Shown here: piece after piece, positions 37,345-47,235 of the stretch | Numbering within the stretch: position 1 is the stretch's first letter | How the letters are laid out: each line of letters begins with the position of its first letter | IMG/VR virus record: IMGVR_UViG_3300005336_000021 | Direction: 5' to 3' (one strand) | Length of the DNA stretch: 64,000 bases | Origin: an uncultured virus (IMG/VR IMGVR_UViG_3300005336_000021) | Lineage: Duplodnaviria; Heunggongvirae; Uroviricota; Caudoviricetes | Notes under the pieces: model-generated | The model's input: the letters and a program-made list of their open reading frames with translations, nothing else | Told to the model about the DNA's origin: nothing | Database searches by the model: none | Position numbers and translations under genes: made by a program

Positions 37345-39535
37345 CGCGCTTCGCCAAGAAGGGTATCAACTCCTTCACGATGGGATAGTCGAGCTCTCCA
37401 GGGTAGAGGCGAATGGCATCCGCGTGGACGTTCCACGATTGGTCAAGACAAAAGAGACCCTGAAAGTCATGATGAGGGATCTCAGGAATTCGATTGAAGC
37501 CGATGATATTTGGAAGGTGTGGCGCAAGCGATACGGTGAAAAGTCTAACCTTACCTCCAGAGATCAACTAGGAACCATCCTCCACAAGGAACTAGGATAT
37601 GAGGTGACCGATGAAACTGAGACCGGACGACCTGCCACCGATGAGGAAGCCCTCCAGAAGATCGATAATCCATTCGTCACGAAGCTCATTCGGTTTCTTA
37701 AATACGATAAGACTCTTGGTACGTTCGTTAAAGGAATCGAGAAAGAGACGATTGATGGTCGTCTTCATCCTGTTTTCAATCTTCACTTTGCTAGGACATA
37801 TCGTTCTTGTGTTGCTAAGGGGACGATGGTGGAGATCATTCGCGACGTTTCTAGAGAACCTAAGGGCGTTCCTATTGAGGAGGTGAAGGCAGGAGATTAT
37901 GCCTATTGCTATGATAACAATTTGAATCTCTGTCTCAGGAAGGTGGTGTGGGCAGGGAAGACTGGCCATCGAAAGGTTGTCAGGGTCCATTGGAATGCAC
38001 GAGGGAAGAGGGGATTCATTGACCTCACTCCAGAACATCTTGTCAGACTAGCTGACGGGAGATACACCCCTGCCCATTTCCTAAACAGAGACTTTCGAAA
38101 GTTGACGGACCACCTTCGATCCCCTCGAGCCAGAGTCCTTGCAATGGGAAGAGATGGGGAATATATCTACCAAACAGGATGTCCACTGAAGATACTCGAT
38201 CACAGATTCATCTATTCCCAACTCAAAGGGAATGTCTCAAAGAAAGAGGTTGTCCACCACAAAGATGGAAACCACTTGAATAATGGGAACCTGAAAAATC
38301 TACAGAAGAAAACGAGGTCAAAGCACTCAAAGGATCATGCTTTGAATGGAGACTATTGGACTCTCGAGGATAGACAAAGAGGTGGGAGGATTGGGAATTA
38401 CAAAAGGTGGGGGAGGAAATGGATTCACAATCACAGGATCACCAAGGTAGAGGAAGTTGATGAGGAAGTTGATGTCTACGACATAGAAGTCGAAGAGTTC
38501 CACAATTTCATCGCCAATGAAATCTGTGTGCATAATTCAAGTGACTCACCTAATTTCCAAAACTTTCCGGTTCGTGACAAAGAGATGTCGGAGATAGTCC
38601 GCAGCCTGTTCATCGCATCCAAAGGTCACGTCCTAGTCGAGAATGACTTCAAAGGAGCCGAGGTTGTAGTGTCTGCGTGCTACCACAAAGATCCGAATTT
38701 CATCTCCTACATCACCACCCCTGGGAAAGACATGCACAAGGACATGGCAGCCCAGATCTACATGCTCAAGCCTGAACAGGTTGACAAGGATACTAGATAC
38801 GGTGCTAAGAACAGATTCGTCTTCCCTCAGTTCTATGGGGACTTCTACGTAGCCTGCGCTCGCAATCTGTGGGAGTGGGTTCAGAAGAGCAAGCTAAAAG
38901 GACCGGACGGGAAGTCCCTCTACAAACATCTCCAGCGAAAAGGGATCAATGAGCTGGGTGACTGCAATCCTGAAGAGGAACCTCGCGACGGCACGTTTGA
39001 GAAACACCTGAAAGAAGTTGAGGATGACTTCTGGAATAATCGCTTTATGGCCTACGGCAAGTGGCGAAAGGATTGGTACCGCCGATATCTTGACAAGGGT
39101 TACTTCGACTTGCTGACAGGATTCAGAGTCCACGGGTCTTTCAATCGAAACTCGGCTGTGAACTATCCTGTCCAAGGAAGCGCCTTTCACTGTCTTCTTT
39201 GGGCTCTGATACGTGTGAACAGGATGTTAGTAAGTCGCGGGATGAAGTCGATGGTGGTCGGTCAAATCCACGACAGTTTGATAGGCGACGTCGCTATCGA
39301 CGAGCTCAAAGACTATCTCGAGATCGTGGAGAGAGTAGTCACCGTTGACTTGCCGAAAGCCTACCGGTGGCTCATCGTGCCGCTGGAGATCGAATATGAA
39401 ATCGCTCCAGAGAGAGGCAATTGGTTCCAGAAGAAAGAGACTAAGTTCAAGAAGGGAAAGTTTTTCCATCCAGACAACCCAAACCGGTTCACGACTGATC
39501 CAGTCGCGTTCCTCAAAACACTAAACCACAAATGA
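37334..39535 (+). CDS. Family A DNA polymerase domain, intein-containing
   Basis: RS/SSDSPNFQN, DFKGAE, RYGAKNRFVFPQFYG, NYPVQGSA, QIHDS. Confidence 0.9.
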   Translation: MKIDALRQEGYQLLHDGIVELSRVEANGIRVDVPRLVKTKETLKVMMRDLRNSIEADDIWKVWRKRYGEKSNLTSRDQLGTILHKELGYEVTDETETGRPATDEEALQKIDNPFVTKLIRFLKYDKTLGTFVKGIEKETIDGRLHPVFNLHFARTYRSCVAKGTMVEIIRDVSREPKGVPIEEVKAGDYAYCYDNNLNLCLRKVVWAGKTGHRKVVRVHWNARGKRGFIDLTPEHLVRLADGRYTPAHFLNRDFRKLTDHLRSPRARVLAMGRDGEYIYQTGCPLKILDHRFIYSQLKGNVSKKEVVHHKDGNHLNNGNLKNLQKKTRSKHSKDHALNGDYWTLEDRQRGGRIGNYKRWGRKWIHNHRITKVEEVDEEVDVYDIEVEEFHNFIANEICVHNSSDSPNFQNFPVRDKEMSEIVRSLFIASKGHVLVENDFKGAEVVVSACYHKDPNFISYITTPGKDMHKDMAAQIYMLKPEQVDKDTRYGAKNRFVFPQFYGDFYVACARNLWEWVQKSKLKGPDGKSLYKHLQRKGINELGDCNPEEEPRDGTFEKHLKEVEDDFWNNRFMAYGKWRKDWYRRYLDKGYFDLLTGFRVHGSFNRNSAVNYPVQGSAFHCLLWALIRVNRMLVSRGMKSMVVGQIHDSLIGDVAIDELKDYLEIVERVVTVDLPKAYRWLIVPLEIEYEIAPERGNWFQKKETKFKKGKFFHPDNPNRFTTDPVAFLKTLNHK
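37808..38536 (+). mobile_element. Intein (243 aa) with HNH homing endonuclease
   Basis: CVAKGT start, TPEH block B, VYDIEV..HNFIAN.ICVHN/S end; VHHKDGNHLNN. Confidence 0.92.
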
Positions 39536-39885
39536 TCACTCATCCTGAATTAGTAAAGGCCCTGGTGAAGCCAGGGGAAGAGATAATCAGAGAACTCACC
39601 GCGCACGAAGCAAACCTGCTTCACATGGCAGTGGGCATCGCTGGAGAGGCTTCAGGTGAACTGCTTGACGCAATCAAAGCCCGTGTCATCTACCGGAAGC
39701 CACTGGACCTTGATAACGTAGTCGAAGAGCTCGGCGACCTCGAGTTTTACATGGAAGGGTTGAGGCAAGAATTGAATGTCACTCGCCAGCAGTGCCTTGA
39801 CGCAAACATCAAGAAGCTCAGCAAACGATACGAAGGACTGAAGTTTTCAAATCAAGCCGCAGTAGAGAGAGCAGACAAGCAATGA
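39532..39885 (+). CDS. MazG-like NTP pyrophosphohydrolase
   Basis: GIAGEASGELLD, EELGDLEFY, NIKKLSKRY. Confidence 0.85.
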   Translation: MITHPELVKALVKPGEEIIRELTAHEANLLHMAVGIAGEASGELLDAIKARVIYRKPLDLDNVVEELGDLEFYMEGLRQELNVTRQQCLDANIKKLSKRYEGLKFSNQAAVERADKQ

Positions 39886-40808
39886 GTATCTACCGTAAGT
39901 ATCGGCCGAAGACTCTCAAGGGGGTTGTAGGACAAGATGGCGCAATCCGGTCCATCCAGAAGTTGATGGATCGGAATGAACTCCCTCATGCGATTCTGCT
40001 GACCGGGCCTTCCGGCACGGGCAAGACGACCATCGCACGAATCATCAGAGATCACCTTCAGTGTGAAGAGGCCGACTACTCAGAGATCGATTGTGCCGTT
40101 GCCGAGAGCCCAATTGATGTCGTCAGGAAGCTCTCCAGGGCTGCTCACTTGTCTCCTATGGTGAGTCCAGTCCGTGTGTTCTTCCTCGAAGAGGTTCAGT
40201 CGCTCAGCCGGGCTGGTTTCTCTCAGCAAGCCTTCCTGAAGATGCTTGAGGAGATTCCAGCCCACGCCTACTTCATCTTAGCCACAACGGATGCAGGCAA
40301 ACTCCACAAAGCAATCATCACTCGATGCACAGAGGTGAAACTCTTCCCGCTCGATGCCTCCTCGTTGCAACGAGTCATCCGCCGGGTCATTGACAAGGAA
40401 GGGATGAAGGTAGAGGACGAGATCGTTTCTGAAATCATCGATGCATCAGATGGTTCAGCCCGCAAAGCACTCGTCATCCTTGAACAAGTTGGGTGGTTGG
40501 AGACGAAAGAGGAGCAATTCAAAGCCGTTCAGTCCTCTTCAATCGACAAGGACCAAGCTATCATGATCGCTCGGGCCCTCTTCAAACCTGGCGTTGGGTG
40601 GCCCGAGGTCGCTAAGATCCTGCGCGACTGCAAAGATGATCCGGAAGGGGTGAGACACTTGATCTTGAGCTATGCGAGGACCATCTTGTTGTCAGGGAGT
40701 AAACTCTCTCCGAGAGCATTCAGAATCATTGACGTGTTCAGCGATAACTTCTACGACTCAAAACAAGCAGGGTTGGCCGCAGCCTGTTATGAATGCGTTG
40801 AATCCTAG
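39882..40808 (+). CDS. Clamp loader (DnaX gamma/tau-like)
   Basis: YRKYRP, GPSGTGKTT, LKMLEE, ITRC, GSARKA. Confidence 0.9.
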   Translation: MSIYRKYRPKTLKGVVGQDGAIRSIQKLMDRNELPHAILLTGPSGTGKTTIARIIRDHLQCEEADYSEIDCAVAESPIDVVRKLSRAAHLSPMVSPVRVFFLEEVQSLSRAGFSQQAFLKMLEEIPAHAYFILATTDAGKLHKAIITRCTEVKLFPLDASSLQRVIRRVIDKEGMKVEDEIVSEIIDASDGSARKALVILEQVGWLETKEEQFKAVQSSSIDKDQAIMIARALFKPGVGWPEVAKILRDCKDDPEGVRHLILSYARTILLSGSKLSPRAFRIIDVFSDNFYDSKQAGLAAACYECVES

Positions 40809-40820
40809 ATAATAAAGTGC

Positions 40821-41300
40821 ATGAGTGATGAGGAACAATCTATTAGCGTCGAGATCGACAAGAATAATCTCGATAAAGAATGTATTCACCTGCCGAACGA
40901 CTACATGGTGGCGGCACGCCATGCCGCAGACGTTAGGATGGAAATGGATGAGCGGAAAGCCGCGCTGGACGTGATCGAAGCTGAACTGGCAAAGGCGATC
41001 CGGGCAGACCCTGAATCATTCGAAATTGAAAAGCTCACCGAAGCGACACTCTCCTCAACAATTTTACTTCAGCCCCGCTACCAAAAGGCCCGGGGTATCT
41101 ACCAAAAGGCAAAGCACGAATCTGATTTAGCTCAGGCCCTTGTCTGGGCGCTGGAGCACAAGAAACGCTCACTGACTCTCCTAGTAGAACTCCACGGTTT
41201 GGGATACTTTTCAGATGTGAAGGTATCCGATAAAGGCCGTGAAGCAGTGAACGAAATGCTTCGAAAGAAGGTCCACCGGAAGTTCAGAGATGATGACTAA
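40821..41300 (+). CDS. UvsY-like recombination mediator
   Basis: Helical, KLTEATL, ALEHKKRSL..LV.L..GYF; upstream of SSB and RecA. Confidence 0.55.
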   Translation: MSDEEQSISVEIDKNNLDKECIHLPNDYMVAARHAADVRMEMDERKAALDVIEAELAKAIRADPESFEIEKLTEATLSSTILLQPRYQKARGIYQKAKHESDLAQALVWALEHKKRSLTLLVELHGLGYFSDVKVSDKGREAVNEMLRKKVHRKFRDDD

Positions 41301-41470
41301 TGAATGCTTTCACTATTTTGGCCCTTTTATTCGCAGGATTGATAATACTACCTATCACTGCCTACATGGTAGTGAAATTTGGTGCGGCCGGCTATTTTAG
41401 GGCGCGCCGCAGAGAACAGAACAGACAAAACACCGAGAAAGGAAACCTAAATGAGTCGTGCCAAAAGTGA
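41300..41470 (+). CDS. Small membrane protein (not in ORF track)
   Basis: MNAFTILALLFAGLIILPITAYMVVKFG. Confidence 0.45.
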   Translation: MNAFTILALLFAGLIILPITAYMVVKFGAAGYFRARRREQNRQNTEKGNLNESCQK

Positions 41471-42737
41471 AAAACGGCGATACACCAACGCCCGTGAGCA
41501 GGCGAATAAACAGTCGCTGGGCTTCGTGCCTGCTTACCTGAAACTGCCAAAGGGTGCCAGCCTATTCAAACCCAAAACAGGAGTCATGCTTCTGGACATC
41601 TTGCCCTTCGAAGCGGGCAAGGGCAATCCAAACGCAGATGAAGGGATGCTCCACTGGGAGAGAACTTTCAGTGCCCATCGCGGAATCGGAGCCAACAGTG
41701 ACAGTTTCCTCTGCCCGCGGCTGCTAAACAAGAAGCCTTGCCCCGTCTGCGAGCACCGGCTCCACTTGGTGAAAGCAGGGGACGAGGATGACGAGGATCT
41801 CATCAAGGATCTCGCGCCGAAGACGCGTCAGCTGTTCAACGTCCTCAACTTGAAGGACCCAGACAAGGGAGTGCAGATTTGGGATATGTCCTACTTCCTG
41901 TTCGGCGAGTCGCTTTACAAGCGGCTGCGAGATGCCGACGAAGGGGACGAGTGGGAGAACTTCTTCTTCCTGGAGGGCGGGTTGACATTGAAGATCGGAT
42001 TCAGTGAACGGTCTTTCGGTGGCGCATCCTTCCACGAGGTAGACACCATCGACTTCAAACCCCGCAAGCGGGATTACGATGACGACATCCTGGAACAGGT
42101 TCACGTCCTGGACGACCTCCTTGTCATTCCTGATTACGATGAGCTCAAGGAGACCTTCCTCGAGACCACCGGCGATGACGATGACGATGATGAACCCAAG
42201 GCTAAAAAGCGTCACAGCGACGACGATGATGATGACGATGACGAACCAAAAGCCAAGCGCCGCAGTCTACCTGCTGATGACGATGATGATGATGACGATG
42301 ACGACGATGAGCCCAAGGCGAAAAAGCGCCATGTCGAGGAAGACGATGATGACGAACCGCCGAAGAAAAAAGCAGCCAGGAACGGCGACGATGACGACGA
42401 TGACGAGCCGCCCAAGGCCAAGAAAAAGACCCCAACCGACGATGACGACGATTGGGATGACGTAGACGGCGATGATGATGACGAGCCCAAGGCTAAAAAG
42501 AAAGCCAAGGACGACGATGACGACGATTCGGACGATGACGATGACGAACCGAAAGGTAAGAAGTCCAAATCGGACGATGACGACGATGACGATGACGATG
42601 ATGAGCCGCCCAAGAAAAAGAAGAACATGTTCGCCAAGCAGAAGGGCGACAAGGGCTGGGAAAAGGACGATGACGATGATGAACCCAAAGCAAAGAAAAA
42701 GGTCGCCGCGTCGGACGATGATGATGACGATGACTGA
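41451..42737 (+). CDS. gp32-like ssDNA-binding protein with very long D/K tail
   Basis: ILPF, H..IG, CP..CPVCE, GVQIWD; about 190-aa acidic/basic tail. Confidence 0.8.
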   Translation: MSRAKSEKRRYTNAREQANKQSLGFVPAYLKLPKGASLFKPKTGVMLLDILPFEAGKGNPNADEGMLHWERTFSAHRGIGANSDSFLCPRLLNKKPCPVCEHRLHLVKAGDEDDEDLIKDLAPKTRQLFNVLNLKDPDKGVQIWDMSYFLFGESLYKRLRDADEGDEWENFFFLEGGLTLKIGFSERSFGGASFHEVDTIDFKPRKRDYDDDILEQVHVLDDLLVIPDYDELKETFLETTGDDDDDDEPKAKKRHSDDDDDDDDEPKAKRRSLPADDDDDDDDDDDEPKAKKRHVEEDDDDEPPKKKAARNGDDDDDDEPPKAKKKTPTDDDDDWDDVDGDDDDEPKAKKKAKDDDDDDSDDDDDEPKGKKSKSDDDDDDDDDDEPPKKKKNMFAKQKGDKGWEKDDDDDEPKAKKKVAASDDDDDDD

Positions 42738-43840
42738 TGAGTCCGAAGGCAATACTCACCAAGCGGCGCGAAAAGGTGCTGCTTAACGGGGAGAGTGCTC
42801 TCAGCACAGGGAGCACTCTCCTCAATCTCGCTTGCACAGGCCATCCTGATCTTGGATTTCTCAAAGGGGGCTACTACTACCTAGTTGGAGACAGCACCAG
42901 CGGCAAAACGTGGCTCTCTCTTACCTGCTTCGCAGAGGCCTGCCAAAGCAAGTCCTTCCGCAATTACCGGCTCATCTTCGACGACGTGGAGAACGGTGCG
43001 CTGATGGACATTGAGCACTACTTCGGCAAAGCAGTGGCACAGCGAATGGAACCACCCGCTACCAAGAAGGGGTTGGCTGCTTATAGCGACACGGTTGAAT
43101 CTTTCTACTACAACATCACCGACCGGCTGAAGGAGGGAGAACCTCTCATCTACGTGCTCGACTCTCAGGATGCTCTCACCTCCACCGCAGCCGCTAAGAA
43201 ATTTCAACAGCAGAAGAAAGCATCTGAAGAAGATGAAGATACCAAAGGGTCCTATGGTGACGGAAAAGCAAAGTATCACAGTGAGAACATCCGCCATGTC
43301 ATCGCCGGACTGAGGAAGACGCGAAGCATTCTCATCATCATTGGGCAGACGCGTGACAATCTCGGCTTTGGATTTGATCCCAAGACCCGTTCAGGCGGTC
43401 GTGCTTTGCGCTTCTACGCCAACCTCGAGATTTGGACTTCGGTCAAAGAGAAGATCCGCAAGCTAGTCCGCGCACGAGAACGCACGATCGGCGTGCGATG
43501 TTTAGCCGAGATACGCAAGAACCGTGTGACCGGCAAGATTGGTAAGGACCGGTCGGTTGAGTTGCCGATCTACTACGATCTCGGCATTGACGATTTAGGC
43601 TCGTGCGTAGACTTCCTCATCGCCGAGAAGCATTGGGCCAGGGTGAAGCAGGAAGGTGAAGAACCCAAGAAGAAAAAGATTTACGATGCCCACGACTTGC
43701 TGTTCACTGGCTCACGGGACAAAATCATAAGACATGCCGAAGCTGAAGATCTCGAGCAGAAGGTGAGAGAGGTCACAGCCCAAGTTTGGAGAGAGATTGA
43801 GGAGGAGAGTAAGCCTCACCGAAAGAGACGATACGAATGA
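42737..43840 (+). CDS. RecA/UvsX-like recombinase
   Basis: STGS..LN, GDSTSGKT, VLDS, QTRDN, SGGRALRFYA, KNRV. Confidence 0.9.
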   Translation: MSPKAILTKRREKVLLNGESALSTGSTLLNLACTGHPDLGFLKGGYYYLVGDSTSGKTWLSLTCFAEACQSKSFRNYRLIFDDVENGALMDIEHYFGKAVAQRMEPPATKKGLAAYSDTVESFYYNITDRLKEGEPLIYVLDSQDALTSTAAAKKFQQQKKASEEDEDTKGSYGDGKAKYHSENIRHVIAGLRKTRSILIIIGQTRDNLGFGFDPKTRSGGRALRFYANLEIWTSVKEKIRKLVRARERTIGVRCLAEIRKNRVTGKIGKDRSVELPIYYDLGIDDLGSCVDFLIAEKHWARVKQEGEEPKKKKIYDAHDLLFTGSRDKIIRHAEAEDLEQKVREVTAQVWREIEEESKPHRKRRYE

Positions 43841-44100
43841 GCCCAGTTAATTTCCCAAAGTCGAATTCGACATTTGGTCCACCTCCTGATCTGACCGAAC
43901 AGCAAGTGAACACAGTCCATGCCTTCACCGGAGTGGTTGATGGAGGGAGCCTAGATGGGATGCCCATGGTAGTGGTAGCTTGGAAACCTGACGAGCAGGA
44001 TCTTGAAATCCTCAAGAGAGGTGGAGCCATCTACCTCGCTGTCATGGGAGGACTACCACCTCACGTGCTCACAACTGAATTCCCAACAAGGATAGGATGA
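43837..44100 (+). CDS. Hypothetical protein
   Basis: AWKPDEQDL..L..GG.IYL. Confidence 0.6.
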   Translation: MSPVNFPKSNSTFGPPPDLTEQQVNTVHAFTGVVDGGSLDGMPMVVVAWKPDEQDLEILKRGGAIYLAVMGGLPPHVLTTEFPTRIG

Positions 44101-44780
44101 AGAAGCACCACGCCGATCAGTTTGAATTAGGTCTCCTTCCTGCGGATCAGATCAAGAATCCTGGTGCTGGTGAAGTTTGGAAGAAGGGTGAACGGGACAA
44201 GGCGCTAGATGAATACTTTGCCGGTGCTCACCCGAAGCAGATTGGGATCAAGTTCAAAGGAGCTCCTAAGGCTTTCATGAATTCGATCCTGAACAAGCTC
44301 AAATACAATTACAAGAAGAAGGGGAAAGAGGATCAGCCCGGCCGAGCCGAACGATACGAACCTGTTCGTCGCGTCAGCCGGAAAGGAAAGAAGCTCACCC
44401 CTAACGAGGTAGACTTCCTCAGGGCTCATCAAGAGCTAGGACTTGACCCCAAGATCACCTGCAAGATTATTTGCCGTCCCGTCCTTGAGCTCTTCCCAGA
44501 TCTCAAGAGCGAGAAACGCGTCAACGATCTGAAAGAGATCGTCCCATCATTGGAGGTGGTGCTCGCTTACCGCTACGTCTTTCACGTTTACGAGAAACAA
44601 ATCATCTCAGACAAAAAGTATGACGACCTGAAGTTTGCTGAGATCGAGTATGGCACAGGCTACGCAGAGCTGAAGAAAGCCCCCAAGGACTGCCCGCACT
44701 ACATCAAGACGCTTGCGCTCTACTTGGTCGAGAAGTATGATGCGACGAATGGTAAGGAATCAAAGAAGGATGAGTCGTGA
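44097..44780 (+). CDS. Hypothetical protein; C-terminus resembles NAD-ligase N-terminal motif
   Basis: YRY..HVY...IISDKKYDDL. Confidence 0.55.
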   Translation: MKKHHADQFELGLLPADQIKNPGAGEVWKKGERDKALDEYFAGAHPKQIGIKFKGAPKAFMNSILNKLKYNYKKKGKEDQPGRAERYEPVRRVSRKGKKLTPNEVDFLRAHQELGLDPKITCKIICRPVLELFPDLKSEKRVNDLKEIVPSLEVVLAYRYVFHVYEKQIISDKKYDDLKFAEIEYGTGYAELKKAPKDCPHYIKTLALYLVEKYDATNGKESKKDES

Positions 44781-45604
44781 GTGAGTCTCTTTTAGTCCTC
44801 GACGTTCACCTCCTGTGTCACCGAGCGTTCCATACCATGAAGAATCTCTCATGGGAGGGGAAGTCAACCGGTGTTATTTTCGGATTCCTCAAAACTCTCA
44901 ACTTCCTCAGAGACGAGCTCCAAACCGATCGCGTTGCATTCTGCTTTGAGCATCCTCACCTTTTCAGGAAGGATATCTACCCGGCCTACAAAGAGAGACG
45001 AGCTTCGCAGAGATCACCTGAAGAGAAGATGGCTCGCAAGCAACTATCTCGTCAGATCAGTCGTCTTAGGGATCAGTATCTTCCGATGATAGGATTCAAA
45101 AACATCTTCTGCTTTCACGGGTATGAATCAGATGACTTGATGGCACGGATTGCCCTCAATGAACCGGATGTCATCCTCGTGACGTCTGACTCAGATCTCT
45201 TTCAGTGCCTTAGATCTGACGTGATGATATATTCACCATCAGCTGGGCGAATCCTCAACGAAGCGTGGTTTAGAAAGAAGTATGGTCTTCATCCTCACTA
45301 CTGGGCAAGAGTGAAAGCCATTGCAGGTTGTGCCACCGATGAGGTGAAAGGGATTCCTAGGATCGGCGAGCTGACAGCTCTCAAGTTCCTGCGTGGCGAG
45401 CTCAAAGAGTCTAGTGCAGCCTATAAAGCTATAGATTCCGCACGAGGCCAGGCTATCGCGCTTAGAAACATGCGTCTAGTAAGATTGCCCTACGAGGATT
45501 GCCCGGTGCCGATCATACAAAGAGACAAGCTGAGCAGGAAGGGATGGGAAAAGGTTTGCGATATGCTAGGAATGAAATCATTGGCAGGAGGCTTTCGTGG
45601 GTAA
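44777..45604 (+). CDS. 5'-3' exonuclease / flap endonuclease
   Basis: RKDIYPAYKERR, YESDD, TSDSDL, GIPRIGELTA. Confidence 0.9.
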   Translation: MSESLLVLDVHLLCHRAFHTMKNLSWEGKSTGVIFGFLKTLNFLRDELQTDRVAFCFEHPHLFRKDIYPAYKERRASQRSPEEKMARKQLSRQISRLRDQYLPMIGFKNIFCFHGYESDDLMARIALNEPDVILVTSDSDLFQCLRSDVMIYSPSAGRILNEAWFRKKYGLHPHYWARVKAIAGCATDEVKGIPRIGELTALKFLRGELKESSAAYKAIDSARGQAIALRNMRLVRLPYEDCPVPIIQRDKLSRKGWEKVCDMLGMKSLAGGFRG

Positions 45605-46193
45605 GGCTGCGAAGGGATCAGACTTTGAGCGTGAGCTTTGTCGCCGTCTCTCTCGGTGGTGGACGGATGGTGAACGCGACGATATCTTCTGGCGCACCTC
45701 TCAGTCAGGCGGACGTGCTACCCAAAGGTCAAAGAAGGACTTGAAGACATTCGGCTCGTATGGCGACATCGCGGCGGTAGATCCTATCGGCCAGCCGCTG
45801 ATGAAGATGTTTACGATCGAGCTGAAGCGAGGGTCCTCATATAGCACCCCAGGTGATCTGCTCGACTTCAAACCAATCAATTCAAAGCACCCTTGGGTCG
45901 TGTGTCTTGAGCAAGCAATCCGCAGTCACGAGCAGGCTGGTAGTCTTGCATGGATGATGATATGTCGCAGAGACCATCGCATCCCTATCGTATTCCTAGA
46001 AGCACGAATACTCAAATTGATAAGAGATGGAAATCCAATAGCCACCGATTCTAATTTTATGAGATTCAATCTCAATGTCCAACAAGAAAAAGGACCTATG
46101 CTACGCATCTCCTTCGCGGGCCTCCCACTGGAAACCTTCTTGGAGTCCATTAGCCCCAAGCAGATAATACAAGCGGTCAAAAATCACAAATGA
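45597..46193 (+). CDS. Holliday-junction resolvase (PD-(D/E)xK)
   Basis: KGSDFERE, RTSQSGG, GDI, IELKRG. Confidence 0.8.
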   Translation: MGKAAKGSDFERELCRRLSRWWTDGERDDIFWRTSQSGGRATQRSKKDLKTFGSYGDIAAVDPIGQPLMKMFTIELKRGSSYSTPGDLLDFKPINSKHPWVVCLEQAIRSHEQAGSLAWMMICRRDHRIPIVFLEARILKLIRDGNPIATDSNFMRFNLNVQQEKGPMLRISFAGLPLETFLESISPKQIIQAVKNHK

Positions 46194-46552
46194 AAATGAA
46201 ATCCCTAGGGAAGAAGGTCACCAAATTTCAAGGATTCGATACCTTCCCAACTCCTCTTGGAGTCAATAAAGTCACTTGCATCTCCGATGAGGTGACAGCC
46301 GTCTGCCCGGTGACAGGACAGCCAGACTGGTATGTAGTCAAGATCGAATACCTTCCTCAAAAACTCTGCGTTGAATCCAAATCACTGAAATTGTTCTTGC
46401 AGAGCTTTCGCAACGATGGTCATTTCTGCGAAGCTTTCGCCAGCATCATTGCCCACAAACTCGAGAAGGCCCTCACACCATTCAACGTCAAAGTCACCGT
46501 CGAACAAAAACCCCGTGGCGGCGTCGCCATCGAAGCTATCTGCGCTCTATGA
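46190..46552 (+). CDS. queF: preQ0 reductase (unimodular QueF)
   Basis: CPVTGQPD, QueF motif ESKSLKLF, PRGG. Confidence 0.9.
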   Translation: MKMKSLGKKVTKFQGFDTFPTPLGVNKVTCISDEVTAVCPVTGQPDWYVVKIEYLPQKLCVESKSLKLFLQSFRNDGHFCEAFASIIAHKLEKALTPFNVKVTVEQKPRGGVAIEAICAL

Positions 46553-47235
46553 AAAACGTCTTAGTCCTCACCTCGGGTGGAATTGATTCCACTACCCTCC
46601 TCTACTACCACGCCAAAAGGAAACAACTCGCCGGCGCCATTGCATTCAACTATGGGCAGCGACATCTGAAAGAATTGGAGTTTGCAGGGTTGAACGCTCA
46701 GGCTCTCGGCGTCCCAATCACCACTGTGAATATTTCATCCTTGGGACCAATCCTGTCTGGCAGCTCGCAAACAGATGCCAGTGTGCCCGTGCCGGAGGGT
46801 CACTATTCTGAAGAGTCGATGAAGGCCACGGTGGTGCCCAACCGAAACATGATCCTGCTGTCCATCGCGATTGGCGCGGCGATCGCGAAGAAGATAGACT
46901 TCGTCGCCTACGCTGCCCACGCAGGAGATCACGCCATCTACCCTGACTGCCGACCCGAGTTCACCAAAGCGATGGGATCCGCTGCTCGACTTTGTGATTG
47001 GAGAAAGATCACTTTGTTAAGACCATTCATCAAGATGACCAAAGGATGGATCGTCGCCGAAGGGGAAGAACTGGGAGTTGACTTTACGAAGACATGGTCG
47101 TGCTACCAAGGTGGGGCACTGCACTGTGGCCGCTGCGGCACTTGCGTTGAGCGCCGACTTGCGTTCATCGAAGCGAAGGTAGTTGACCCTACCACCTACC
47201 AGGATCCAGACTTCGCTCTGCAATACCAGAAGTGA
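46549..47235 (+). CDS. queC: 7-cyano-7-deazaguanine synthase
   Basis: SGGIDS, YGQRH, VPNRNMI, YPDCRPEF, SCY..HCGRCGTCVER. Confidence 0.95.
   Translation: MKNVLVLTSGGIDSTTLLYYHAKRKQLAGAIAFNYGQRHLKELEFAGLNAQALGVPITTVNISSLGPILSGSSQTDASVPVPEGHYSEESMKATVVPNRNMILLSIAIGAAIAKKIDFVAYAAHAGDHAIYPDCRPEFTKAMGSAARLCDWRKITLLRPFIKMTKGWIVAEGEELGVDFTKTWSCYQGGALHCGRCGTCVERRLAFIEAKVVDPTTYQDPDFALQYQK

Noticed and set aside
42079..42864. Poly-Ser, poly-Met/Thr and Ile/Val ORFs
   Set aside because: Alternative-frame shadows of the GAY repeats in the SSB tail
44097..44780. DNA ligase
   Set aside because: Only the short ISD..YD motif; no KxDG catalytic motif
46190..46552. QueF-like amidinotransferase (archaeosine)
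   Set aside because: Canonical QueF NADPH motif is present
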